Positions 39,891 to 48,449 of a DNA stretch of 64,000 nucleotides are shown one piece after another. Each line of letters begins with the position of its first letter. Within the stretch, counting starts at the first letter, position 1. A program made the translations under genes and the position numbers. A model generated the notes under the pieces. That model searched no databases. It was not told where the DNA came from and worked only from the letters and a program-made list of their open reading frames with translations. Source of the DNA: a virus (lineage: Duplodnaviria > Caudoviricetes); the IMG/VR virus record IMGVR_UViG_2654588048_000003, positions 14,809 through 78,808 of that record. One strand, written 5' to 3'.

Positions 39891-40297
39891 ACTCTTACCT
39901 TTTTCAGATTCATTTCTTCGTCAGTCGGCAGGCGGTAAAATCCGCTTGTCTCTCTGATACCAATGTCCATTAGCATTATCCCGAACTCATGCAGGAAAGC
40001 ATTCATGTAACGCTTACCGCGTTTACTAAGCTCTGGTGCAACACCACCTATAAAGACGACGCGCTCACTGGGCTTTTTCTCATATGGCTCAAGTAGCCTA
40101 TCGTAAAACAATGCCTGACTACTGGAACTGAGCTTTTCATTTAGCCTGCCATCAAGCAGGCCAGCAATGAAATGCTGGTTGACCTGTATGTCCCCAAACA
40201 GATGTCGATACACTAGGCTCTGATTGATTTTCATTAGGTGATAACAGTAGGCTTCGGCAACACGCCAGCATAAAAACTCATGGGTTGGCATTCTCAT
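39887..40297 (-). CDS. Hypothetical protein
   Basis: 136 aa, coupled to KilA-N gene. Confidence 0.65.
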   Translation of the reverse strand: MRMPTHEFLCWRVAEAYCYHLMKINQSLVYRHLFGDIQVNQHFIAGLLDGRLNEKLSSSSQALFYDRLLEPYEKKPSERVVFIGGVAPELSKRGKRYMNAFLHEFGIMLMDIGIRETSGFYRLPTDEEMNLKKVRV

Positions 40298-40833
40298 GAT
40301 TTCACTTCCTCCAGACCGGGAATGGAAAATTGTATTTCTTTAGCCAGCAATTCTCTGTCTGATTCAATCCTCTGCTTCTCGCCACCAACGCCCCAGCTAT
40401 TCATTATTCTGGCGGCCGTACTAACCCTTCGTTTCTTGCTTTGATACTCAAGTTCAAGTCGATTGGCTTGGGCAAATTTGCTTAAGTGACCAAGAATAAA
40501 AGCACGGAATGTTTGGTAAACTTTCACCTCGAACGCTGGAGAGAGCCAAGCAGCATAACGAAGAGCAATTAACTCATGTGCCCATGTGCCGCGATAAGCG
40601 CCCCCACGAATAACATCAAGTATTTGATTTTGCTCCAAAGTGTTTTTTAGCACTTTGGAAACTTCATCTATAAATGCTTGAATTCCATCGGAAGAAAGAA
40701 ACTGACTAGGCACCTGCCACTTTTGCGCTAAGCCTCCCGCTATTGCTGCCTTGTGCAGGTCGTTAAGGTTATAAGTTCCGTGCTCATTACTACGGACTTG
40801 AATGTTTTCAATTACGATAGTTGGGTAATTCAT
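40294..40833 (-). CDS. KilA-N domain protein
   Basis: YNLNDLHKA, GTWAH..IAL.YAAWLSPAFEVKV. Confidence 0.92.
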   Translation of the reverse strand: MNYPTIVIENIQVRSNEHGTYNLNDLHKAAIAGGLAQKWQVPSQFLSSDGIQAFIDEVSKVLKNTLEQNQILDVIRGGAYRGTWAHELIALRYAAWLSPAFEVKVYQTFRAFILGHLSKFAQANRLELEYQSKKRRVSTAARIMNSWGVGGEKQRIESDRELLAKEIQFSIPGLEEVKS

Positions 40834-41131
40834 GATGCTTATCCTTGCTTAGGTAATGAACCTTTGCCGCATAGGAAATCAGCCCCACCGAGGCAGCATC
40901 AGCCATAAAGCTGATTCCTCAAAGGCTCATTCCTAAGGAAGGTTCGGTGTAATCAAGATGCGCTGCGGTGCGCGGAACTCAGATACAAAAATGCCACCAG
41001 CGTTAACTGATGGCAGTAAATGTTATGCAGATCACTTTTTAACCATTTCGATTGGATATAATCGCGAAGCGATTACAGAGAGAAACTATTTCACTGACAC
41101 TGACTCCTAACATACTCCTGTAACCCCAGTA

Positions 41132-41407
41132 TCATTGGCTCTGCGGTGCTATAGCCTCATAGGTCAACTCGAAGATCTCGGGCTTGCACGGGTATAACTC
41201 TCCTTTTATCCCTTGGATAATCCAATCCCCAATGTCAGCACGATGATTACCTTCCAATGTGCGAATGATTATGTGGTCAGGCTCAGCCTTTATTTCACTA
41301 TTTAGAACGGCATCAACAAACCACTCTGGTATCTCTGGGTTTAGATTACTTTCACCTTTGAACAGGAACGCATCAATAACTACTGGTTTTTTTCGAAACT
41401 TAGCCAT
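41132..41407 (-). CDS. Conserved phage protein, candidate nucleotide-signal sponge
   Basis: KFRKKPVVIDA, TLEG, GDWII.G.KGE.YPCKP.IF..TYE. Confidence 0.7.
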   Translation of the reverse strand: MAKFRKKPVVIDAFLFKGESNLNPEIPEWFVDAVLNSEIKAEPDHIIIRTLEGNHRADIGDWIIQGIKGELYPCKPEIFELTYEAIAPQSQ

Positions 41408-41876
41408 TATTCTTTCTCCCACACTCGGTATTCACATAATCCTGCAAATATCTCAGTTTTGCTCTGTCGTTGATGATGTCTTCTCGGATATCGAGAACAG
41501 TTGATCCAGTTTCTCCAGTGAGTTCGACGGTGGTTGCATCGACCATGCCGCGGGAGGAAGTGGTTTCACGCACGGGGCAGACGGCTTTGATCCGCAGCTT
41601 GCGACGGCCAGCGGCAACATCAGACCGAAGAGTGTCAATTTCAGATTTGGCATTGTCGAGTTCCCGAATGTGTTTGGCATCCAGTTCTGCGAGATGCCGG
41701 ATGTGCTCTTGCCGGGTGGCGTTGATGGCGACCTGTTCTGAGAGAGACTTATTCAGCGTCTCAATATCCTGAGTTAACCGTCCGTTTTCTGCATACACTG
41801 AGTAGATGGAATGGACTGCTGCCCCAATCAGCGCGAGAGCCACAATCACTGCACCGATTTTGAATTGCCACTTCAT
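41400..41876 (-). CDS. Rz: Rz-like i-spanin
   Basis: N-terminal TM, LRSDVAAGRRKL, YLQDYV.TEC. Confidence 0.9.
   Translation of the reverse strand: MKWQFKIGAVIVALALIGAAVHSIYSVYAENGRLTQDIETLNKSLSEQVAINATRQEHIRHLAELDAKHIRELDNAKSEIDTLRSDVAAGRRKLRIKAVCPVRETTSSRGMVDATTVELTGETGSTVLDIREDIINDRAKLRYLQDYVNTECGRKNNG
41453..41653 (-). CDS. Rz1: Embedded Rz1 o-spanin lipoprotein
   Basis: LPLAVASC lipobox, PLPPAAW. Confidence 0.8.
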   Translation of the reverse strand: MPNLKLTLFGLMLPLAVASCGSKPSAPCVKPLPPAAWSMQPPSNSLEKLDQLFSISEKTSSTTEQN

Positions 41877-42274
41877 AGCAATTCAAATGCCCGTGTGAAA
41901 ATGTCATCGGAATACGGTTGCTTGCCGTTCTCGTGCCGGACGATGGACTTGGCTAATGCAATCAATGTGACCTTATCGACACTAATCACCTGATGAGGAT
42001 CGACACCTAATGCCTTGGCCACACCCTTGATATAAGCCGAAGTGTTGTTTTCCACATTTGGTGCCCATCGGTCTATCATCTTCGCGACTGTCTGATAGCC
42101 TTTTTTGTGGTAATTACACAGCAACTTCATCAGCGCCCGAATCCCATACTCTGGTGACTCAAACCGACAGAACCGCTTTTCTATACTCGGGTCGTGGGGC
42201 AATTGACCCTGCCACTTATTCGCTGAGTGGTGGTCAATGTTGCCTGGATTGTTGTTGCGAATGCCTCTGCTCAT
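41873..42274 (-). CDS. Endolysin (RGIRNNNPGNI family)
   Basis: Between holin and Rz; RWAP..ENNT..Y, I.RHENG. Confidence 0.82.
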   Translation of the reverse strand: MSRGIRNNNPGNIDHHSANKWQGQLPHDPSIEKRFCRFESPEYGIRALMKLLCNYHKKGYQTVAKMIDRWAPNVENNTSAYIKGVAKALGVDPHQVISVDKVTLIALAKSIVRHENGKQPYSDDIFTRAFELL

Positions 42275-42573
42275 CTTTGTTCACCTGTCAGTCTGTTCCA
42301 GAAATAGGTTAGGGCGATGCTCCCCATTGCGCCGGACACGCCAGCACTAACGAACATCAGGTATAAACTCAGCCCCGCTTCGAGACTGATAAATCCGCCT
42401 ATCAGTCCGGTAAATCCCGAAACGACTATTTGGGCAAATGCCCCAATCCAGCTCCAGCGGGCGTTGCTGGTTTTTATATCGATGATGTAGCGGACTATTC
42501 CGCCCCATGCAGAAAGCAGCAGAAGTATCAGCCACTGGTAGAGTTCAATCGGATCTTTGTTTGGCATACGCAT
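42271..42573 (-). CDS. Holin
   Basis: Three hydrophobic segments; WGGIVRY, SGFTG, AG.SG.MG. Confidence 0.88.
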   Translation of the reverse strand: MRMPNKDPIELYQWLILLLLSAWGGIVRYIIDIKTSNARWSWIGAFAQIVVSGFTGLIGGFISLEAGLSLYLMFVSAGVSGAMGSIALTYFWNRLTGEQR

Positions 42574-42740
42574 ATTCCACCCCATTTGAACAATGGGCGT
42601 CCGTGGGGTGAGCTATGGTCGCCCCTGTGAGTTAGTTAAAAGGAAATTGAAAGTACTAAAGAAGTGGTGGGCGCAACTCCACCTTTAAGCGCAATACTTT
42701 GCCAAGCTTCTGCATGAGGCTATTAATGACAAAGCAAACT

Positions 42741-42875
42741 TTAACCACAAACTGTACGCCAATAGGCCTTGAATCTGGAACGGGTCACAAAGTAATGAAA
42801 TGCCCAAGACAGTGCGAGTTGCTCTTTGGTTTTACCGGAAACCTTTATACAGAGATCGATACATAAATTTTTCAT
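42741..42875 (-). CDS. Small 44-aa protein, not in ORF track
   Basis: GGAG RBS; MKNLCIDLCIKVSGKTKEQLALSWAFHYFVTRSRFKAYWRTVCG. Confidence 0.5.
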   Translation of the reverse strand: MKNLCIDLCIKVSGKTKEQLALSWAFHYFVTRSRFKAYWRTVCG

Positions 42876-42931
42876 GATTTTCTCCAACAAAAAAGGCCGC
42901 ACCATGCAGCCTTTATTTAGTCAGTCGGAGA

Positions 42932-43255
42932 CTATGAAATTAGATCTCCGATGAATTTTGCTTGTGTTTCAATTTTCAGTTCTGGCATTCCTTCAACAAC
43001 ACCATTCAGTGAATAGCCAATACTTGTCTCCTGAACTGATAAAAGAAGATTGAATTTAGATATATTCCCAAAAACAGAGGTGCCTTCTTTATTATGCTGC
43101 TCTACAGTCAGAATGATGCTATTGTGAGTTAGCCTTCCTCTGTATGTGCACACATAATCGCCACCATTTATAACATTATTTCTTACTACAACAGCTCCGT
43201 TCCCGAAATCCTGAACATTACTTCGGAAAGAAACAAAGTAAATTCCATCCTTCAT
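42932..43255 (-). CDS. GrlR-family beta-barrel protein
   Basis: MKDGIY.V.F.SN..DFG.G.VVV....INGGD, SVFG. Confidence 0.75.
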   Translation of the reverse strand: MKDGIYFVSFRSNVQDFGNGAVVVRNNVINGGDYVCTYRGRLTHNSIILTVEQHNKEGTSVFGNISKFNLLLSVQETSIGYSLNGVVEGMPELKIETQAKFIGDLIS

Positions 43256-43438
43256 GTTAACCTCATGCAGTAGTATTAAGCTGAAAATCAGCCGGTCAAT
43301 ACTACTGAAAAAAGTTAACCATCTCTAATCTGTTAGCACAAAAAGACAACAAAAAAATGCAGAATCACTGTGAGTGATTGGCGGCAAAATTTGGTAATAA
43401 TCAATATCGAGCGCCCAGATATAGACGCTCTGTATTGA

Positions 43439-43693
43439 TCATGCGGCCTGACTTACTGATCGACCTCGACAGACCGTGCGAACAGTGTCACCCGCCAGAG
43501 TGGTAATGTAGGCTTGGTCTGTTTTTTTGATGTCATGATTAATCAGATTACCGTTATGGCTATGCTCGACACGGGCAATAACATTATCAGCGACATCTTT
43601 CGGGCAAAACTCCAGGCGGTACATGTCCCCCAAGATCCATGACTCTTCTACTGAACGACCGTTTCTTTCTGTGATTAGCTTTAATGCGTACAT
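43439..43693 (-). CDS. Conserved phage hypothetical protein
   Basis: MYALKLITER, LG.MY.LEF, AYITT..G.TV. Confidence 0.7.
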   Translation of the reverse strand: MYALKLITERNGRSVEESWILGDMYRLEFCPKDVADNVIARVEHSHNGNLINHDIKKTDQAYITTLAGDTVRTVCRGRSVSQAA

Positions 43694-43752
43694 GGTTAAT
43701 TTCCTCATTGCGTAGGTAATAAAAAAGGCCGCCTTAGCGACCTTCGATAATT

Positions 43753-43828
43753 TGGTGGAACCTCTCGGAATCGAACCGAGTCCTAATGCTCTTCAGGCAT
43801 CCGCGCGAACCCTCTACGCCAAAGTTCC
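43753..43828 (-). tRNA. tRNA-Phe(GAA), phage-encoded, CCA encoded
   Basis: 76-nt cloverleaf: acceptor GGAACTT/AGGTTCC, anticodon arm GATGC-CTGAAGA-GCATT, T-arm CTCGG-TTCGATT-CCGAG. Confidence 0.88.
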
Positions 43829-43948
43829 AGATATGAAAAAGGCCACACCGAAGTGCAGCCTTGAAATATTCATCTAAATATCCCGCAAGTCTGGGATTTC
43901 GAACTACGAGATATCTTTTCGTAGTTGGATTTACAACGGGTAGAAATG

Positions 43949-43977
43949 AAAAAGCCCCACTTGATTTAGTGAGGCTT
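43949..43977 (-). terminator. tR'; further late-leader terminators at ~43836-43862, 43721-43744, 42889-42914
   Basis: GC stems followed by U-tracts on minus strand. Confidence 0.7.
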
Positions 43978-44014
43978 AACTGCTTTTCGGTTTTACCACC
44001 CGAGCATAACACAA

Positions 44015-44042
44015 AATATACACTTAAATTTCCCAAAATCAA
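44015..44042 (-). promoter_or_regulatory. Late promoter pR'
   Basis: TTGATT-16-TATATT just after the Q-position gene. Confidence 0.6.
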
Positions 44043-44065
44043 GTTAATTTAGAAAATATTTATAC

Positions 44066-44680
44066 TCAATGATATGTTTCATGGCTTTCTTTTCTAATCT
44101 CTCGCTTGATAGCGTAATACATTTCCTCTTCGAGTAATTCTTCTGACCATGTGGCACGTTTTCTAGCCCATTGAACATCACAACCAGTCAGACCAGACAA
44201 CTCGCGAGCAATCTTTTGCGGGTATTTGCGTTCACAATATCGTTTAATGGCGACATCACGAATAGGATTACCCAGCTTAAATGTCTTATTCAGAACCGTT
44301 TCAACGAATGCGGCATCATCTGATTCTTTGGCGAGAGCGATGATGTCACTTAGTGATTGCTTGGGGTTCAAGATTTCATGAGCCTTCTGGAATAGACCTT
44401 CACCTTCGTAGCCTAACTTATGCAGGTCTTTAACCACTTTAACGATCCGTTCACCTTCGGCATCAGTCCAATCTTCACGAGTCATTAATCGGCCTATGAC
44501 GCTACATTCTCCACCGAGATATTCATTCCCTCCGTATTGTCTCCCCCAAATCATCATTAAATACCTGACCCAAACGCGCTGACTGGGTGTAATGGTTTTC
44601 CAGCCTTTACCCCATACTCGGCGCAGATCTTTCTTGTTGGCTACATAGGCCAGCAATGGGAATGATTCCTTGCCCCTCAT
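44066..44680 (-). CDS. Probable late antiterminator Q
   Basis: Last nin-region gene before pR' and terminators; C-terminal HTH-like segment. Confidence 0.65.
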   Translation of the reverse strand: MRGKESFPLLAYVANKKDLRRVWGKGWKTITPSQRVWVRYLMMIWGRQYGGNEYLGGECSVIGRLMTREDWTDAEGERIVKVVKDLHKLGYEGEGLFQKAHEILNPKQSLSDIIALAKESDDAAFVETVLNKTFKLGNPIRDVAIKRYCERKYPQKIARELSGLTGCDVQWARKRATWSEELLEEEMYYAIKREIRKESHETYH

Positions 44681-45030
44681 CTCACCTCCGGCAATACTGT
44701 GTGTTGTTGTTTTACTCTGGTTATTAGTCGCCGTATCGCTCCGCGTGTAACATCAAATTTATTGGCTACAGTTCCCTGTGATAGACCAGAGGCCAATAAA
44801 CCGATGATGAGCGGGGTATCGGACGGCTCTAATTTAACGACTGGGTATGGTTTTACGCCGTAATGCTCAAATCGCAGATCATCCAGTGTTGACCATGTAG
44901 GACGTTTACAGTGTGATAACCTAGTAACATAGAGATGATTGCTACGTTGCCGAACCGCAAAGTGTTTCCTCTCATCCCGTCGCCGTCTTCTGGCATAGGA
45001 AATTGCCTCGCTGAAATTGTCGAATGTCAT
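44677..45030 (-). CDS. Hypothetical protein with C-terminal HTH
   Basis: [18 protein letters not shown]. Confidence 0.65.
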   Translation of the reverse strand: MTFDNFSEAISYARRRRRDERKHFAVRQRSNHLYVTRLSHCKRPTWSTLDDLRFEHYGVKPYPVVKLEPSDTPLIIGLLASGLSQGTVANKFDVTRGAIRRLITRVKQQHTVLPEVR

Positions 45031-45623
45031 GCCGCCTCCTGTCTCAACTCCCTGAGCTTCTGCCGGTACTCATCCCTGATGGCCTTACATTCCTCAATCG
45101 TCCAGCGATGGCGATCATGATTCGATTCGATAGCCTCAACCGGTTCCAGACCAATACACCGGATTAGCTCCACCCTGTACGGAACGATATTTCCTGATTT
45201 GTGCTGGTTGCAGACAATGCACTGACGATGAATATTGCGTTCATCAAATCGGAGTTGGGATGCTGCTATCGTTGTCCGGTAATGACCTGCATCCCATTGA
45301 GACGACGTGTACGTGCCACAGGAGACACACGGCAGGTCTCTGTCTCGTTCTCTGATGTAGGCGTTTACTGCTCGTTGGGCTTGTTGAATCCAATAACTGC
45401 GGGGTTTTACTGCTAGGCGTCTGGTTTTGAGTTTGTCTCGGGCTTCTACTTCTTTTTGTCGTCGCTCTCGTTCTAACTTCTGTCTGGCTTTTTCGTATTT
45501 CTTATCTTGCCGTCGCATTCCTAATTCTGCGCCATGTTCCGGGCTACACCACCATACATGGTCATATTTTGGATGGAACCACACCCGACAGATTTCACAT
45601 TTTCGCCGTACCTGTTTTTTCAT
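45027..45623 (-). CDS. ninG: NinG/Rap resolvase
   Basis: [32 protein letters not shown]. Confidence 0.93.
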   Translation of the reverse strand: MKKQVRRKCEICRVWFHPKYDHVWWCSPEHGAELGMRRQDKKYEKARQKLERERRQKEVEARDKLKTRRLAVKPRSYWIQQAQRAVNAYIRERDRDLPCVSCGTYTSSQWDAGHYRTTIAASQLRFDERNIHRQCIVCNQHKSGNIVPYRVELIRCIGLEPVEAIESNHDRHRWTIEECKAIRDEYRQKLRELRQEAA

Positions 45624-46065
45624 TACCTACATTCTCCGTGTATGTTTCGAACCAGAACACTATCGGCGCGGTATCTAATTTCAATATGCCGAGCCGCTGG
45701 CCTGTTCTCAGGCATTGCGTTCTGTTAATTGAATTTTGTAATTGTCTGGTGATCATTCGTCTGAATGTTTCAATATCTGCACTGTGTTTATAAATATTGC
45801 AGCTACGACAGGCGGGCATCATATTTTCAATGGTGTCATTCTCTGGATTCATCATTTCTCCAGTAGGAAAGAATTTTCCACCGCGCTCATTCTCATTTTT
45901 GACAAATTTAGATAACCTGAACACGGGCTCTCCGTGGTCAGCGTGCCAGCCTGTCGCGGGTAATTCGTGTCCACAATATGCACAGCGACCCCCGAATTTT
46001 TCCCGGATAACCGCTCGCTGCTTTTTGGTTAATTTCAGTGGTGGTTTCTTGGGTTGCTCATTCAC
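45595..46065 (-). CDS. HNH endonuclease
   Basis: [22 protein letters not shown]. Confidence 0.88.
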   Translation of the reverse strand: MNEQPKKPPLKLTKKQRAVIREKFGGRCAYCGHELPATGWHADHGEPVFRLSKFVKNENERGGKFFPTGEMMNPENDTIENMMPACRSCNIYKHSADIETFRRMITRQLQNSINRTQCLRTGQRLGILKLDTAPIVFWFETYTENVGNEKTGTAKM

Positions 46066-46505
46066 TGTTCCTGCCTCCGCTTGAGTTTCATGTATTCGCT
46101 GTCATCGGGTATTGTCACAAAATAACCCATACCAGCAGCCCATTGCTCAACCTGTTCCATGAATCGAAACATCTCGCCAGTGTCCAATTTGGAGGTCTGG
46201 CGCAGTGTCCTGACACGCTCTGGTTCCTGAGTTCTGGCATCAACCCGCTCTACAACCTCATAGCCGAGAAACGTGTGTTTCATCATCTCTTTAACTTCAT
46301 CTGGTGAAAATTTCGCCCCGTTAGATTTCAGAAAACGACTAATCTCGCCAAACCACATATGGGCGGTAGCGTTCTGAGATAGTGATCGGGTATTTTTCCA
46401 CGGTTTGATGATGATACGGTGAGGTTGGTTTGTTGCCAGAACTTCTTTGAGCTGTTGCCATGCAGATTGTTTCGTTGATTCATGGAAGAGAAAGTCTACT
46501 TCCAT
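46062..46505 (-). CDS. YbcN/NinB-family protein
   Basis: RSLSQNA..HMW, TSKLDTGEM. Confidence 0.88.
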   Translation of the reverse strand: MEVDFLFHESTKQSAWQQLKEVLATNQPHRIIIKPWKNTRSLSQNATAHMWFGEISRFLKSNGAKFSPDEVKEMMKHTFLGYEVVERVDARTQEPERVRTLRQTSKLDTGEMFRFMEQVEQWAAGMGYFVTIPDDSEYMKLKRRQEQ

Positions 46506-46507
46506 TC

Positions 46508-46678
46508 CTAACCTCCGTCATTTGCCCTCTGGTTCCATGCTGATATGGCTAATTCCATATTTTTCTCTGTAATGAAATACAGACACTTGTGGCATTCAAC
46601 AAAAGATCGATTCTTAAAACCAACAATACCCAAATCTGCACCACCACATTCAGGACACGACTTGAGTTCGTCTGTCAT
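46508..46678 (-). CDS. Lar-family restriction-alleviation zinc finger (56 aa, not in ORF track)
   Basis: MTDELKSCPECG...VECHKC...AISAWNQRA. Confidence 0.7.
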   Translation of the reverse strand: MTDELKSCPECGGADLGIVGFKNRSFVECHKCLYFITEKNMELAISAWNQRANDGG

Positions 46679-47067
46679 ACCCCCTCCACCAGCTCATCAG
46701 GGATGTCAATCTCGTCGCCTAACTGTGCAGCGACTACAGCGCGGCAAAACGCAATTTGCAGAGTGTCCCCAGATGCCAGTCTCATTGTGTCCTGCCCGTT
46801 CCGCGGCGTACCATAGGCAAACGCACGCCATGTTTCATTGGCTCTACGCTGAACCATGCCGAACGATTTGCAGTATTTATCCATTAACTCCCCACACTGA
46901 TCCCAATCGGTTGAGGGAGTGAAGTTACCTTTGCCGTTACTGAGCAAGTAATAATCGCGATTAGGCGCTTGAACTTCCGTATTATCCTTGTTAGCCGCTC
47001 CACCAATTGCCAGACATACAGCCCAGTCCAACGCCCGGCCTGTCAGTTCACTCGTTTTGATTTTCAT
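46675..47067 (-). CDS. DUF2591/NinX-family protein
   Basis: ELTGRALDWAV, PSTDW.QCG.L, IA.CRAVV. Confidence 0.85.
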   Translation of the reverse strand: MKIKTSELTGRALDWAVCLAIGGAANKDNTEVQAPNRDYYLLSNGKGNFTPSTDWDQCGELMDKYCKSFGMVQRRANETWRAFAYGTPRNGQDTMRLASGDTLQIAFCRAVVAAQLGDEIDIPDELVEGV

Positions 47068-47441
47068 TTCTTGAAATTCCTCAACCAGTAAACAATGTGA
47101 TTATTCACATCGTCGGGTAGACCATTACGATATTTTTCTCTGGTACTTTTGTGGTAATTCATTTGGATGATGGCGAAAAGCCAGAATGATGTTGGATATA
47201 AAACTATCAGCAATAAGAATCCAATTAATTTTGCTATAAATTCAGGCAGCTCCCTGATTTGATAATCCAAAAAATCATCCCATCCATCTCTACTGAACAC
47301 ATATTTTATTGTTCCCAGAAAGGCATTAACCTGAAAGCAGATGACATCACCGAACGTGTAATCATACCCAGCAATTACAGCCCATACCGGATTATCTAAA
47401 TAATGTTCTAGTGTCACGGGATATTGTTTGTAATATTTCAT
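47064..47441 (-). CDS. Hypothetical membrane protein
   Basis: Hydrophobic segment; coupled ORF. Confidence 0.6.
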   Translation of the reverse strand: MKYYKQYPVTLEHYLDNPVWAVIAGYDYTFGDVICFQVNAFLGTIKYVFSRDGWDDFLDYQIRELPEFIAKLIGFLLLIVLYPTSFWLFAIIQMNYHKSTREKYRNGLPDDVNNHIVYWLRNFKK

Positions 47442-47463
47442 CTCAAAAGTCCTTCTGGTGGGG

Positions 47464-47706
47464 TTAAACCAATGCCCGTAACTTCTCGGCCGGATAATCA
47501 CTCGAATTATATTTACTGGCCCTGTATTCCAAACTCTCCAGTTTGCTATACGCCCGCCCTCTGGGATAGCACTTCCTGATTTTACGGTCTAGATGGCACT
47601 CATCGGCAAAGCAAAACATCTTGTTTTTGCTGGCCATTAGATGCTGTTGCTGTTCTATATTGGGGCCTTGAAACCAATAGGTATCTTTGTGAAAAATAAT
47701 TGCCAT
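47464..47706 (-). CDS. Hypothetical protein
   Basis: 80 aa with RBS. Confidence 0.55.
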   Translation of the reverse strand: MAIIFHKDTYWFQGPNIEQQQHLMASKNKMFCFADECHLDRKIRKCYPRGRAYSKLESLEYRASKYNSSDYPAEKLRALV

Positions 47707-47723
47707 ATCTGATTCCTTTGTAT

Positions 47724-48449
47724 TTATTTAACTTGTCTGCGATAACTATCCCACGTGAAACCAATAGCGATCGGCGCACCCATTCGCAGTCGGTCAATCA
47801 CCCGTTCGCCTAATACCTTTGCCAGTTGTTGCTGCGCTAGATTAGTTAACACGCCAACCGGTTTTTTGTTTGCCAAACGGCGATCTACCACCTGAAATAT
47901 AATTAAATCTTCATTCAGGTTCTCGCGCTGCACACCAACATCATCGAGCACCAGCAAATCGACATTACACAAATCGTTAATCAATGCTGACTCACTGACC
48001 TTCGCGTCTTTCTGGTAGGTTTCGCGTACCTTCATCATCAAGTCAGGCAGGGTAGCGATCAGGATGCTCCGTCCGTTCTGCATCAGGTGATTGCCGATAG
48101 CGGCGGCGAGATGATTTTTCCCTGTGCCAGGATTCCCGCTGAAAATAAACCCGCCGAATGAGTGACCAAAACTCTCAGCGTACCGACGCGATTTTGCCAA
48201 CGCCTGTTGCTGTTCAGGGGTAGTAGCGACGTAGTTATCAAACGTGCAATTCTGGTGTAACGGGCTGATACCAGAACGCCCCATGATCTTATTCAGTCGG
48301 TTGACTCGGTTTTCTTCGGCAATGCGTTTTGAATCAATCTCCCCCTGCTCACGCTGCCATGCCATCAACTCCTCGGCATTCGTGAATTTGGGCTTGATAT
48401 GCTCCGGCATCATCCGGCGAAAACGAGCCAGCGTTTCAGCTATGTTCAT
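47724..48449 (-). CDS. DnaC-like helicase loader
   Basis: SGI..LH.NCTFDNY, GNPGTGKNHLA, LLVLDDVG. Confidence 0.93.
   Translation of the reverse strand: MNIAETLARFRRMMPEHIKPKFTNAEELMAWQREQGEIDSKRIAEENRVNRLNKIMGRSGISPLHQNCTFDNYVATTPEQQQALAKSRRYAESFGHSFGGFIFSGNPGTGKNHLAAAIGNHLMQNGRSILIATLPDLMMKVRETYQKDAKVSESALINDLCNVDLLVLDDVGVQRENLNEDLIIFQVVDRRLANKKPVGVLTNLAQQQLAKVLGERVIDRLRMGAPIAIGFTWDSYRRQVK

Noticed and set aside
41059-41075. TAATCGC-GAA-GCGATTA hairpin with a GCGAAGC mini-loop
   Set aside because: Single 17-bp instance, not of array size; no supportable function.
42660-42800. Second tRNA or pseudo-tRNA before the holin
   Set aside because: No T-loop consensus or cloverleaf; partly explained by a small ORF.
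43734-44052. ORFs 43734-44042 and 43861-44052
   Set aside because: Overlap the tRNA, terminators and pR'; no RBS or recognisable motif.
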